Positions 12,090-24,800 of a DNA stretch of 64,000 nucleotides are shown here, piece by piece. The position numbers and the translations under genes were made by a program. The notes under the pieces were generated by a model that was not told the DNA's origin, did not search any database, and saw only the letters and a program-made list of their open reading frames with translations. Source of the stretch: Eledone cirrhosa (Eukaryota); the NCBI GenBank assembly GCA_964016885.1, contig OZ024749.1, positions 24,242,001 to 24,306,000 on the forward strand, given 5' to 3'. Position 1 is the first letter of the stretch. Each line of letters opens with the position of its first letter.

Positions 12090-15000
12090 ATTAATTTCTA
12101 TTTGCCACCAGGGCATCAAAGATTGGGACAAATACAAAGTGGAAGTTTACATACATTTAAAAAGACGTGTAAAAAACATATAAAAAATTAAATTTAACAA
12201 TCGATGTACTCAATAGGGAGGGGGCGTTGATGTGGGTCGCACATACCCCCGAAAAAAAATGTGTAACCCTCCTCTTCTGGAGCACAAAGAGCGGGTGCTC
12301 CCTTCCTCTCCTCCTTCTACTCTCTCACCTACAGGCTGATATAGAGAGAAGGTCCATTCACTTGGGCCATTCTCGCCACTTTCACCCACCTTTCATAAAA
12401 CTTGCTGGGGTAGAGCACATCAATCTCCATTCTGATCCTGCTTCTAAAGTGGTACTTGAAATAAAGGACCAGTTGTTGGCCTGAGAGAAAGGTGTCTGAC
12501 CTAAGCCCTTTCAACCTCGTCCACCATACAACCTCTTTCGTCATAGCTATCACACAGAAGAAAACCGTCTCTCCTTCGTTTTTGAAAGGGGGAGGCGGTT
12601 TGATCGTGACAATGTACTCGGTGGTCAACCGGATAGGTCCCACCCGCGACAGTTGTCGTTCCACATATCCCCACAGGTCAGCAACACCCGGGCAGTGTAC
12701 GAATGCGTGTGCGACGGTTTACTCGTCACGCACGCATCTCGGACAGATCTTCTTCGAGGGGACCCTACCCGGGCGCCCGTGTCTGTAGAGCTTGTCCCGA
12801 ACGAGTAGAGCTCCTCGGTAGCATTGCCAAGCCAGGGACTTTTGGAAGTTGTTCATCGGTCCCGGGCCAAACGTCCTACCGAACAGACTGGCTAGCTCGT
12901 CTTCCTCCATGCCCAGAGCCTCTCCGAGAGCGTCGTCGACATTACTGCGCACCAACCCTCTATAGAATGTTGAGGTTGAGTCTCCACTGATTGCCGGATC
13001 CGCTTGCCAGAGGGCCGCGAGCGCCTGGGCACATTCAATGGGCCAGTCGCCCACTTTTCTCAGTCTTTGCTTGATCCAGGATTGCAGCTCGGTGAGGGAG
13101 ACGAGTCTCGGAAAGGCTCGCCTCACGAACAGGGCCCACACCGGCTGACCGGTTAGGAATACCTGGAGGTGCCGTAGCCTTAATGCGTGTCTACGCATCG
13201 TCAGCCACGGCTTCCCCAGCCCTCCGTTCGAAGGGTGTTGACAGCAGATGGATCTTCTCAACAAAGGAGTCCGCTTCTTCCAAAGGAATCGGAAGACAGC
13301 GCGCCCCATTTTAGCGAGTGTTTTCTCTGGGCAAGGCACGACGGTCAAGCGGTAGTAGATGACGGACGCTATATAAGCGTTCGCCACCTCCGCTCGACCT
13401 TTAAGGGATAGTTTGCACTCGGCCCACTTCTGGGCGAGTGCAAAGACCCTGCCCGTTACCTTGTCCCAGTTTTTCTCAACCTGGTGGTCCGGTTCGAACC
13501 AGACCCCGAGTAGCTTCACCGGTCCCTCCATCCAGCACCCGACGATGCCGTCGGAGGGCATCGGTTTGCCCCTCCACGATCCGAGTTGCAAACCGACGGA
13601 CTTGTCCCCGTTCAGCTTGGCTCCTGTAAACCTTTCGTATTCCTCCAGTAAGGTGCCGATCTGCCGATTTCCGAGGCGCACGACACCATTACTGTCACGT
13701 CATTGTCGTAGGCCGACACCGCTTTCCGTAATCCCGGTTCCAAGGGAATGCCCTGCAACAGCTCCAGCTTCCGCAGTAGAAGGGAGGAGAGAGGGCATCC
13801 CTGTCGGATGGATCGCGTGATTTGGAACGGCACTGAGAGGTAGCTGTTCACCTTGACCCTCGAGCACGTGTTGCTGCTGTGCATTGGAGCAATCCAGCCC
13901 CTGAAAACGGGCCCGAAGCCTGCCGCCGCGAGCACCGCATCCAAGTACTGATTGTCGACCCTATCGAACGCCTTAGATTGATCCAAGTTGATCAGGGCCC
14001 CACCAAAGCCGGGTTCGTTCCCTACCCTCTCTACGATGTATCGCATGAGGTGGAGGTTGTCGTGTATGTACCTACGCTTATCCCACCAGGTTGCCGACGA
14101 CAAGCGCCAACCTCTTCGTTAACACCTTGGCCAAAATCTTTAACTCTGTGTTTAGCAGAGTTATGGGCCTGAAGTTATCTATGTCATCCATCTTATTCTC
14201 GTCCTTCCTCACCAGCTGATTACGCCCTTGGTCACAGAACTGGGAATTCTCCCGTTCTGTTGCCAGTTGCAGTAGACCGCCTCGAGGAGACCGGAGCACA
14301 AGTCCGGCATAGCTACATAAAGTTCGTATGGTAGACCATCGAGACCCGGAGATTTGCGTTTGCCGCATTGGCTCAGCGCTTCCCCTATTTCAGCGGCTGA
14401 AATCGGCCTTTCGCAGGACTTCGTCTACCCGTCCGAGAGCCGCGCCAGACCGTCGAGGTATGGACCGAAATCCATGGCCTCACCAGGCCCGCCTCCCCTC
14501 CCGAACAGTCGTGCAAAGCGCCGTTGAAAGGCCGCGCTCATCCGCTCAGGTTCAAGGATCACGCGTCCATTCTGGTCCTTCAAAGACCGAATCGTGGACT
14601 TGTTTCCACTTTTTGCCCCTGTCACTCGGGCCCAGCTAACAGCTTTGGCTCCCTCGTTACCCAGAGCACGTATTTTACTCCTGATAACGCAGCCCTCGTG
14701 CTTCGCGTCAAGGAACTGTTCTAGGGCCGTTCTTGACGCCAGCACGCTGGCCGCGTTGCCACTCCTAATCGTCTTTTCTACTCTATCTATTAATTCCCTT
14801 TCAGTTCTATTCCTATTTGATGCTAATTCCTGACTAAAACCTATCGATTCTATTCTAATTTCTCTCATAAGAGAGCCCCACCACCTGCTGTTGACAATTG
14901 CCCCCGATAACCTCTGCTTAACTAGAGTGCTAATCCGCTTACTGTAAGCTTTGTTTGTCGGTAAGGACAAGTTTAGCCTCCAGTAACCGGGTCCTTGTCT

Positions 15001-15640
15001 ATAGGTTATATCAAGGTTGACCTCTCCGGTCACCAACTTGTGATCCGAATAGTCAACCAGGAACATTCGTGGACAGCTTAATATGTCTCTATCCTTGTTT
15101 CTAACTAGGAACCTATCTAGGTACGACCTAGATGTTCCGCAAATATTAGTCTACGTCCACAGTGGCACAGTCGGAAAATCTAGTCAATATCTATCGGTCA
15201 AATCAAATCGGCCGATTAATCGTTTGAGTCTGTTACCCCCTTCTCCCCCCCCCCCCACCTCTATCGGGACATGCCCCTACATAGTCCCAACGTGCATCCA
15301 GGATACCATTCCAGTCCCCCACTAAAAGCAAGGAGCGAGACGTTCCCAGAAAAGTCTCCAGGAGTCGGAAAAAGTCTGGTCGCGGTGTCCCAGATAAGCT
15401 GCCACCAGCCTGAAGGCTCCACCTTCACTACTGCCGACGTCTAGAACCACCAGTCGACCCTCCGGGTCCAGGTGTACCTGCTGTGTGGCAAAACCCAGGT
15501 GTTTTCGAAGAAGAACGATAACCAAACCCCCCACCCCTCGGCTGACAGAAAGATGCGTAGATCTCAAAGTCGTCGAAGATGGGGACCAGGTGGCGCACGC
15601 TGCTGATCCTGGACTCGCAAATAGCCATGTACGTCAATAC
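12090..15640 (-). mobile_element. Tx1/L1-clade non-LTR retrotransposon ORF2 (APE endonuclease, RT, zinc knuckle), frameshifted, with 3' UTR
   Basis: Consecutive minus-strand fragments: AICESRI, GRLVVLDV, YSDHKLV, GPGYWRLN, NFRPITLLNTELKILAKVL, NLDQSKAFDRV, RQGCPLS, LSLKGR, GGLG, CPRC. The 3' end runs into (TCTA)n. Confidence 0.95.
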
Positions 15641-15986
15641 TCATCTTTTTCCATTTCTCCGAGGGTTCTTAACCCCACTATCAGGCTAAATAATTTCTTT
15701 AATTTCTTTAGACAAAATACGGTGGTAGCTTACATTTCTAATAATTTCAAACCAACTCACCTGTTTCGAAAATATATTCTTACTTGAATATTTATATATA
15801 TGTATATATATGTATATACATATATACATATATATACATATATATATGTATATATATGTATATACATATATACATATATATATGTATACATATATACATA
15901 TATACATGTATATATATATACATATATAAATACATATATACATATATACATGTATACATATATACATATATATACATATATATACA

Positions 15987-16252
15987 TCCCAAAAGTCAGC
16001 TCAAAAGTGACACAGAGGAGACTGAGGTTGGCTGGACATGCTCACCGACATCCAGAGTTGACATTGCACTCAGTGCTCCTTTGGGAGCCCCTACATGGAC
16101 ATACTAGAAGAGGAAGACCAAGCTTAACATATGTTGATGCCATAAGGACAGACACTGGTCTGTTGGAGATGCAGGATATGGCAGCGATAATGAGGGACAG
16201 AGAACGCTGGAGAGAACTCGTCCATGGATCTCGGGAATTTTACCCGCCTTAG
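15987..16252 (+). mobile_element. RTE-type LINE 3' fragment
   Basis: [36 protein letters not shown], ending in TAGA/TA repeats. Confidence 0.85.
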
Positions 16253-16255
16253 ATA

Positions 16256-16314
<59 letters not shown>

Positions 16315-16522
16315 TATATGTATATGTATATATATATATGTCTGTATATGTCTATATATATATGTATGTATATGTATATGTATATGTATATAAGTATATA
16401 TATGTAAGTATATGTATATGTATATAAATATATATATGTATATATATGTATGTATATATATATATGTATATATATATGTATGTATATATATATGTATGTA
16501 TATATATATATATATATGTATG

Positions 16523-16553
<31 letters not shown>

Positions 16554-16574
16554 GTTTGTATATATATATGTATG

Positions 16575-16605
<31 letters not shown>

Positions 16606-16636
16606 GTATATGTATATATGTATATGAATATATATA

Positions 16637-17439
16637 TGAAACAAAATGAAAACGAAATTTCATTTCTCACTCTTAGTATGGCACTTACTTAAATGTAAGT
16701 ATGCATGTATACAAGCTTGAAACTAGTACATCGTTCCTGTGTCAGTGTTGAACAAAAAGGTGACGTGGTTGCCTTAACACCGTATGGCATAAATTCAGGC
16801 TGTTCAGTTTGTTTACAAACGAACAAAGCGACGTTAGCGCCGCTAAACTGATACGTGCATATATGTATGTGTACCTGTATGCATATGTATATATATATGT
16901 ATATATATATATATATGTGCATGCTACTGTACGTCTGTATACATATATGTATGTACGTATACATGCATACTTACATTTAAGTAAGTGCCATACTAAGAGT
17001 GAGAAATGAAATTTCGTTTTCATTTTGTTTCAATTTATCGTTTTCGGTATGCCTGACCGATTTAACTCACTCAATATGCAAATTAGGCTGCTCAGCCGTT
17101 AATTTTCATAAGGAAAGTATATACTTTCGAACGTTCAACTATCTGGCAGATGGGTAAACGGTGCTGATGATAGCTAACAAGCTTGAAACTAGTACATCGT
17201 TCCTGTGTCAATGTTGAACAAAAAGGTGACGTGGTTGCCTTAACACCGTATGGCATAAATTCAGGCTGTTCAGTTTGTTTACAAACGAACAAAGCGACGT
17301 TAGCGCCGCTAAACTGATACGTGCATATATGTATGTGTACCTGTATGCATATGTATATATATATGTATATATATATATATATGTGCATGCTACTGTACGT
17401 CTGTATACATATATGTATGTACGTATACATGCATACTTA
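16637..17439 (+). mobile_element. Non-coding hammerhead-bearing element: partial tandem (period about 466 bp) with inverted 5' segment
   Basis: 16711-16973 repeats at 17177-17439; 16637-16709 is inverted at 16959-17032. Confidence 0.8.
17157..17201 (+). ncRNA. Type I hammerhead ribozyme
   Basis: AACGGTG-CTGATGA-tAGCT aaca AGCTt-GAAA-CTAG-TA-CATCGTT. Confidence 0.9.
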
Positions 17440-17489
17440 ATATATATATGTATATGTATATATATATGTATATATGTATATGTATATAG

Positions 17490-17548
<59 letters not shown>

Positions 17549-17726
17549 ATATATATATGTATGTATATATATATATGTATGTATATGTATATATATATAT
17601 ATGTATGTATATATATATATATGTATGTATATGTATATATATATATATGTATGTATATATATATATATGTATGTATATGTATATATATATATATATATAT
17701 GTATGTATATGTATATATATATGTAT

Positions 17727-17790
<64 letters not shown>

Positions 17791-17868
17791 ATATATGTAT
17801 ATGTATATGTATATGTATACATATACATATATGTATGTGTGTATATATGTATATGTATATGTATATAT

Positions 17869-17902
<34 letters not shown>

Positions 17903-18123
17903 ATATGTATATGTATATGTATATATATATATATGTATGTATATGTATGTATATGTATATACATATGTATATGTATGTATATGTATATACATATGTATAT
18001 GTATGTATATGTATATACATATGTATATGTATGTATATGTATATATATATATGTATATGTATATATATATATATGTATATGTATATATATATATATGTAT
18101 GTATATGTATATATATATATATG

Positions 18124-18192
<69 letters not shown>

Positions 18193-18264
18193 ATATATAT
18201 ATATATGTGTATGTATATATATATGTATATATATATATATATATATGTATGTATATATATATAT

Positions 18265-18296
<32 letters not shown>

Positions 18297-18337
18297 GTAT
18301 GTATATATATATATGTATGTATATATATATGTATATG

Positions 18338-18386
<49 letters not shown>

Positions 18387-18478
18387 ATGTATATATATAT
18401 ATATGTATGTATATATATAATGTATGTATATGTATATATATATATATATATGTATGTATATATATATATATATATGTA

Positions 18479-18509
<31 letters not shown>

Positions 18510-18642
18510 GTATGTATATCTATATATATATATGTATGTATATGTATATATATATATGTATGTATATGTATATATATATATATATATGTATGTATATATG
18601 TATATATATATATGTATGTATATGTATATATATATATGTATG

Positions 18643-18717
<75 letters not shown>

Positions 18718-18782
18718 ATCTATATATATATGTATGTATATCTATATATATATGTATGTATATGTATATATATATATATGTA

Positions 18783-18813
<31 letters not shown>

Positions 18814-19073
18814 GTATGTATATGTATATATATATGTATGTATATATATATATATGTATGTATATATATATATATATGTATATAAATATATATATGTACG
18901 TTTATGTATATATATATATATATATGTATGTATATGTATATATATATGTATATTAATATATATATATATGTATGTATATGTATATGTTATATGTATGTAT
19001 ATGTATATACATATATGTATGTATATGTATAAATATATATATGTATACATATATATATATACATATATGTATA

Positions 19074-19137
<64 letters not shown>

Positions 19138-19262
19138 TGTATATATATGTATCTATAAATGTATGTGTATATATATATGTATGTATATATATACATGTAT
19201 GTATATATGTATGTATATATATATGTATGTATATATATATGTATGAATATATGTATGTATTT
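17440..19262. repeat. Compound (TA)n/(TATG)n microsatellite, about 1.8 kb
   Basis: Direct. Similar tracts at 1-330, 11433-12090, 26121-27700, 30790-31950, 37310-39010, 42593-43622, 47505-48335, 52742-53515 and 58305-59530. Confidence 0.98.
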
Positions 19263-19269
19263 ATATATC

Positions 19270-19655
19270 TCTTTCTCTTAATTTCGAGTATATTTTTTTG
19301 ACCGGCGACCTTCCTGGTGGCAAGGTTGTAAAAGAAAAGAAATTGTCATCCCTTGAATCGCAAGAATGTTTTGCAAATTTTGAAGGTGCCAGCTATCGCA
19401 CTCATTTGTAGACTATGAATTAGGGAGCTGCGTGTTTTGTCCGCAAATCCAAGCTCAGTCATACTTTGGTCTAAGCGGGTTGGTATATAACCCGTAGCTC
19501 CAATAATGATGGGTATGAAGCTAAAGGTGTATCTTGGATACTGGATTTGTAAACTCCTCATCAATGGTCCGTAGATGTCCTCCTTCTCCTGTATTTTTCT
19601 GACAACGTTTACATCAATTGGGCAGCTCATCTTCTCAACAGAATACATTTTCAGA
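19270..19655 (-). mobile_element. 3' end of an R4/Dong-type non-LTR retrotransposon (RLE domain)
   Basis: SCPIDVNV..EKEDIYGPL..IPIIIGATGYIP..LQMSAIAGTFKICKTFL. Confidence 0.8.
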
Positions 19656-19741
19656 GTATGTATATATGTATGTATACATATATGTATGTATATATGTATG
19701 TATATATGTATGCATATATGTATGTATATATATATATGTCA

Positions 19742-20346
19742 GGTCACCAGTTGGTGCTACTGGTAACATGTATCCCAGTACAACCTGTCTCATGGTCGGG
19801 TCGTTGGCGACTAAACTGGCAACTCCACCAATGTTTCTTGGTGAGGAGGGTGACTTTGGACATCCTGCAGGACTAAAAACACAACTTGTCAAAGGGCAAA
19901 GGAGCTGTTAAGAGTCAATGGCCACCCAAAATCACCGGGAGAGATGACCCCTTAGCCTTTGTCAAGGCAGAATTCTAGGAGAAGGTAAACTCTGTTATAA
20001 CACCTGCAACTCTGATTGTATCCAATGATGTTGAATTGTTCTTCTTTTTGGTAAATATTATCTTGGTTAAGAGAGTGGGACTGGCTTTGTGCAGTGCCTT
20101 TGCTCACTATAAAAGCTTCACAGCACAGCCATTGCTTTATATCTGGAGATCTCTCTGCACTTGTCGTCACATGGTACAATGGGCCCAGCACAATGTGTCA
20201 ATAATTGTCACAAGTGTAGTGCTTGTACCAGAGTCTTCAAGTCGCTGGCTGGACTAAAAAGTCACACTCGTTCAGAGCATCGGTTGAGGTTCTCCTCCAT
20301 GGATATAAAGTAGTGGCCGTACTCGAAAACGAGTTGACAGCCACCA
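19742..20346 (+). mobile_element. About 600-bp non-coding element resembling an RTE 5' UTR, with structured 5' motif
   Basis: Contains CTAGGAGAAGGTAAACTCTG, which I recall from RTE 5' UTRs; a second copy is at 51149-51530; bounded by microsatellites. Confidence 0.65.
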
Positions 20347-20431
20347 TATATATATATGTATATATATATGTATATATGTATATGTATGTATATATATATA
20401 TGTATATATATATGTATATATGTATATGTAT

Positions 20432-20467
<36 letters not shown>

Positions 20468-20659
20468 GTGATATTTATATGTATATATATATATATGTAA
20501 ATATATATGATATGTATATGTATGTATATATATATATGTATATATAATGTATATATATATGTATATATTTATGTATATATATATGTATATATATATATGT
20601 ATATATATATGTATATTTATATATATATGTATGTATATATATATATGTATATATATATG

Positions 20660-20697
<38 letters not shown>

Positions 20698-20834
20698 GTA
20701 TATAAGGGAGAGGATTAGGAGTGTGTAACACCCCACTTATCCAATAGGCAGTATAAAGTTAGCTCGATGTCTGAGGACAGAGCCGTAATATAATTAACAA
20801 CAAAGAACGCTTAGAACATAGGTATATCTTTAAT

Positions 20835-20880
20835 TGCTAACAGTGTTTCGTCCCCACTATAAGTGGGACTCATCAGAGCA
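20835..20880 (-). ncRNA. Type I hammerhead ribozyme
   Basis: TGCT-CTGATGA-GTCCCACT tat AGTGGGGAC-GAAA-CACTG-TT-AGCA, then ATTAAA. Confidence 0.9.
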
Positions 20881-21842
20881 TAAAGAGTGAGTACATATTA
20901 CACAAGCATTAACAAAGCCAAGACAGAAGAATATATATGGGGATGCCATAAGTTGGGAGGAGTTTAAAGAGTAGAGTGAATCGAGTGAGATAGTGTAGAA
21001 AATAAAATTGGAGGATAAAGAATAGTAAAAAGTAAAAAATAACATTGAAGAAATAAAAAATAAACATTGAAACATAAGCATTGAAAAATAAGAGGTGCTA
21101 TCACTCGCAGTTGGGCAGGGTGCTGTTAACATACAGTTACATACAAGCATACGCATAAGCATGAGCACCCGCATGCAACCACACAACAGGCAGCCATATG
21201 CAACACATATAGTATAGACTAATACAAATAACATATCATGGACGAGTATGCAAAAGCTAAGAGATAAATGGTAGATATACAATGGGTAAAAATACAATGG
21301 GTAAAAGTAAGATAAACAAAGGATAAAAATAGATTAACCATAGATAAAAAATAGATTAACCATGGATAAGAGATAGAGAATAGATAAGGAATAGACAAAA
21401 ATAGATAAGATAGATAAGAGTAGATAAAAATAGATAAAAAATAGATAAAAAATAGATAAAAAATAGACAAATAATATATATAAAAAATATAAAAAATATA
21501 TATAAAATATACAGATAATAAAGATAAAGGGTAAAGAATAAAATAAAATAAAATAAAATAAAATTATATAAAATAAAATACAATGAAATAAAATAAAATA
21601 AAGTAAAGTGAGATAAGATATATATTTTTTGAATATATCAGGGGCACACGAACGCCTTAAGTGTTACAGTTAGCCATATCACAACAATCAAATGCTCAAA
21701 TGAGATTTATAATTAACAGGTGCTATGTCCACACTCGATTGAGTTGACCATTGCAATGCAATGGAGACATCCCAGGTTGGGCAGTCACAGAAGTTCACAC
21801 TATATATATATATATATATGTATGTATATATACATGTATATA

Positions 21843-23467
21843 TAGTTATACTTGGGGAGGGTCATATATGTGTAATATTGCCAGAATTAATAACATAACA
21901 CACTCACTGTTTGGTTGGTTTTCGCTTTTCGCTTTTGTGTCTTTTAGATCGGTTAATCTAATTTATTCGGTCCTCAATGTTGCCATTGATGACCGACGGT
22001 CAAAAATGATACAGATACAATATAGACACAAACACATATATATAGTTTATCAAAGTTCTTTCGTTGCACATCTGCAGCATCGTCAATGGTGCTATTGTTT
22101 CCTCCCGTTACATTTTATGTCTACGCCATTTTTATTTAGTCTGTCTATATATTTATTTATTTATTTGTTTCTTTCTTTCTTTTATTTCGTCTTATTTGCG
22201 CATGCGTTTGCGTGTTATAGTGTTTTGTTTGATGTGTGTTTGTGATTGGGTGACTGTGTATCGGTTAATGTATACTATCTTTACTAGTGTGTGTTTATAT
22301 GTGTTTGTTGTTATTGTGCTTGTGTATGTATTTATTTATTTATGTATCTATTTATTTATTTATTTATACTTCTCTTAGGTCAGTGTTGTTAGTTTGGGTG
22401 TTGTTGTCATTCCTTTCATTCTTTCTGTTTAGTCTTGGCCTTCTAAGTTCTATTTCACTGGCCTCTCTGATTTGCCTATCTGCTGGGTCATTTCTATGTT
22501 TAGATATTATAATTTCTATGTTGTCTATGTTACCGTCGCGTTGTTGTCTGGCATGTTCGTATAGTACTGATCCGTTTTTTCGTCCTTTTAGTTCCCCCCA
22601 GTGTTGGTCTATCCTTTCACCTATGCTACGAGCTGTCTCGCTTATGTATGTTGTTGTCATGTTGCTGCATGTACCCTCTGTACATCTTATGCTATAGACT
22701 ACGTTTCTAGGTTTACGTTTATCTGGCGGATTTGATGGTGGTTCCTAGCTTTTCTACCACCTTAATCTTTCAGTGGGTCTTTCTCAGGGCCTTTCTACAC
22801 TGGTTTGCTAATTTCCCTCCAGGGGTAGCGTTCACAAACAAGACACTCTGGTATATCTGGTTGTTGTGAGGTGGCTTTCCCTATCTTCATGTCTAGCCCC
22901 ATCTAAGCTATTCCATGATTTGCTCCTGTATAATGGGCAAACTCCTTTCATGTCTAGTTCTATGAGGGTCTTATACTTCTCCATGGCTCCTTCGTATACT
23001 CTTACTCTGTCTCTTTGGTTGTAGCCAGAGAACTGCATGCGTTTGATGAAATGTTGGATGTATCTTTCCATTTCTGTTGGGTCGCACATGCGGGACACAT
23101 TCATCATCACTCGTACCAAATCTGCGATCAGAATATTAAACTTAGCACTACTGGACATTGCTGAGTTTTTGAGTATCAGGTATTTGGAGGCCATGGGTTT
23201 AGCATAGTGTGAGTGGAGAATTTGGTCTCTCTCGTCTATAGTGTTAATCCAGAGTTCCGTGTCTAATACAGGTTGTCTATTGTTCGGGTGTTTGGAAGGG
23301 AAGTCGATAGTTACAGTTATACTCTGGTGTATGGAATTAGCTATCTGCTGGATGCTTTCCATTGTACTACGTTCTAAATCAAACTTATTAGTGCTCTCTA
23401 GTGGGGATGTTCTTATAACGATATTGATATCGTCTACGTAACGAGAGTACATCTCCTTTCCCACCAT
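21843..23467 (-). mobile_element. Degenerate canonical EN+ Penelope-like element (RT C-half, GIY-YIG, pseudo-LTR)
   Basis: ORF 22832-23467 with YSRYVDD, PVLD, HYAKPMAS; ORF 22364-22660 with YISETARSIGERIDQH, REASEI, LN; terminus resembles that of the 23686 element. Confidence 0.9.
22049..22090 (-). ncRNA. Decayed hammerhead ribozyme in a PLE pseudo-LTR
   Basis: ACCA-TTGACGA-tGCTGCA gatg TGCAAC-GAAA-GAAC-TT-TGAT; core C replaced by T. Confidence 0.65.
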
Positions 23468-23843
23468 ATCATGAAAAGGTTGGCAACATCACCAGCTATG
23501 CTGACGCCAATATGTATATATGTGTATGTATATATGTATATGTATATATATATGTGTATATATATATGTATATGTATACATATATATGTATATATATATA
23601 TATATATATGTATATGTATATATATGTATTTCGTTTCTGAATTTGTTTAGCAAGATTCTTTATCTGAAATCGTGTGTTGAAACCGATATTGTTATACGTT
23701 GGGAGGGTCATGTTGCCAATAAGAAACACACGCACCAGTTGCTTTCACTTCAATTTATTATATATTTATAAATTTACAAATTTATAAATTTATAAATTTC
23801 TGGTTGGTTGGTTGGTTCTACAACCAGATAGTTGTTTATATAT

Positions 23844-23888
23844 AGTCATAGTCCTTTCGTCACACACTCTGTGACCTCTTAAGTGACT
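23844..23888 (-). ncRNA. Hammerhead ribozyme with mutated core (CTTAAGA), inverted copy of 24564
   Basis: Identical to 24564-24608 except for a core G to T change. Confidence 0.75.
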
Positions 23889-24563
23889 GGGGATTCCTTT
23901 CTTTGTCTCCGTGCCTCTCCATTGTTCTGTCCTACGCCATTTTGTTTCTGTGTGTGTGTTGTGTGCTCAGTTTGCGCATGCGCCACATCCGGGTGTCTGT
24001 GTGTGTTTATGTTCATTTATTTATTTGTTTATTTATTTATTTATTTACATGTTATTGGTTGGTTGTTTGTTCTATGTGTGTTCTATGTGCGCTCATTTAT
24101 CCGTTCGGATAAATGAACGGATAAATGAACACTGGCGAGACCTTAAAGATAATAAAGAATCATCTGTACTCTACCAACATGCTAAGATAGAACACAAGGG
24201 TAAATTAGAGAACATAGAAATAAAAATAGAATCTACACACAGAAAATATGCAATGTTTAGACAAATTACAGAGGCAATAAACATAAAAGAATTACAACCA
24301 AAATTAAATAGAAAATATGAGTGGAACAGCAACATCACAACTTACAATTAAGGACAAAATGAAAACACACACGTAGATCAAACAACCAACCAATAACATG
24401 TAAATAAATAAATAAATAAATAAACAAATAGATAAATGAACATAAACACACATAGACACCCGGATGTGGCGCATCCGCAAACTGAGCACACAACACACAC
24501 ACAGAAACAAAATGGCGTAGGACAGAACAAAGGAGAGGCACGGAGACAAAGAAAGGAATCCCC

Positions 24564-24608
24564 AGTCACTGAAGAGGTCACAGAGTGTGTGACGAAAGGA
24601 CTATGACT
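24564..24608 (+). ncRNA. Type I hammerhead ribozyme in a PLE pseudo-LTR
   Basis: AGTCA-CTGAAGA-gGTCACA..TGTGAC-GAAA-GGAC-TA-TGACT, about 210 nt downstream of the GIY-YIG stop. Confidence 0.85.
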
Positions 24609-24767
24609 ATATATAAACAACTATCTGGTTGTGGAACCAACCAACCAACCAGAAATGTATAAATTTATAAATTTGTAAATTTATAAATATATAATAAATT
24701 GAAGTGAAAGCAACTGGTGCGTGTGTTTCTTATTGGGAACATGACCCTCCCAAAGTATAACAATATA

Positions 24768-24798
<31 letters not shown>

Positions 24799-24800
<2 letters not shown>

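Larger units (their letters stand above)
23686..24765 (+). mobile_element. 5'-truncated PLE: GIY-YIG C-terminus plus pseudo-LTR, preceded by an inverted pseudo-LTR
   Basis: About 24105-24351 encodes ERINEH..SVLYQH..RQITEAINIKELQPKLN; about 23686-24075 is the reverse complement of about 24377-24765. Confidence 0.9.

Noticed and set aside
12227-15325. Plus-strand ORFs over the Tx1 element
   Set aside because: Antisense shadow frames of GC-rich coding sequence
17208-19301. Long ORFs (up to 590 aa) rich in Y/I/M/C/V, and the many similar ORFs elsewhere
   Set aside because: Translations of (TA)n/(TATG)n microsatellites, which lack stop codons
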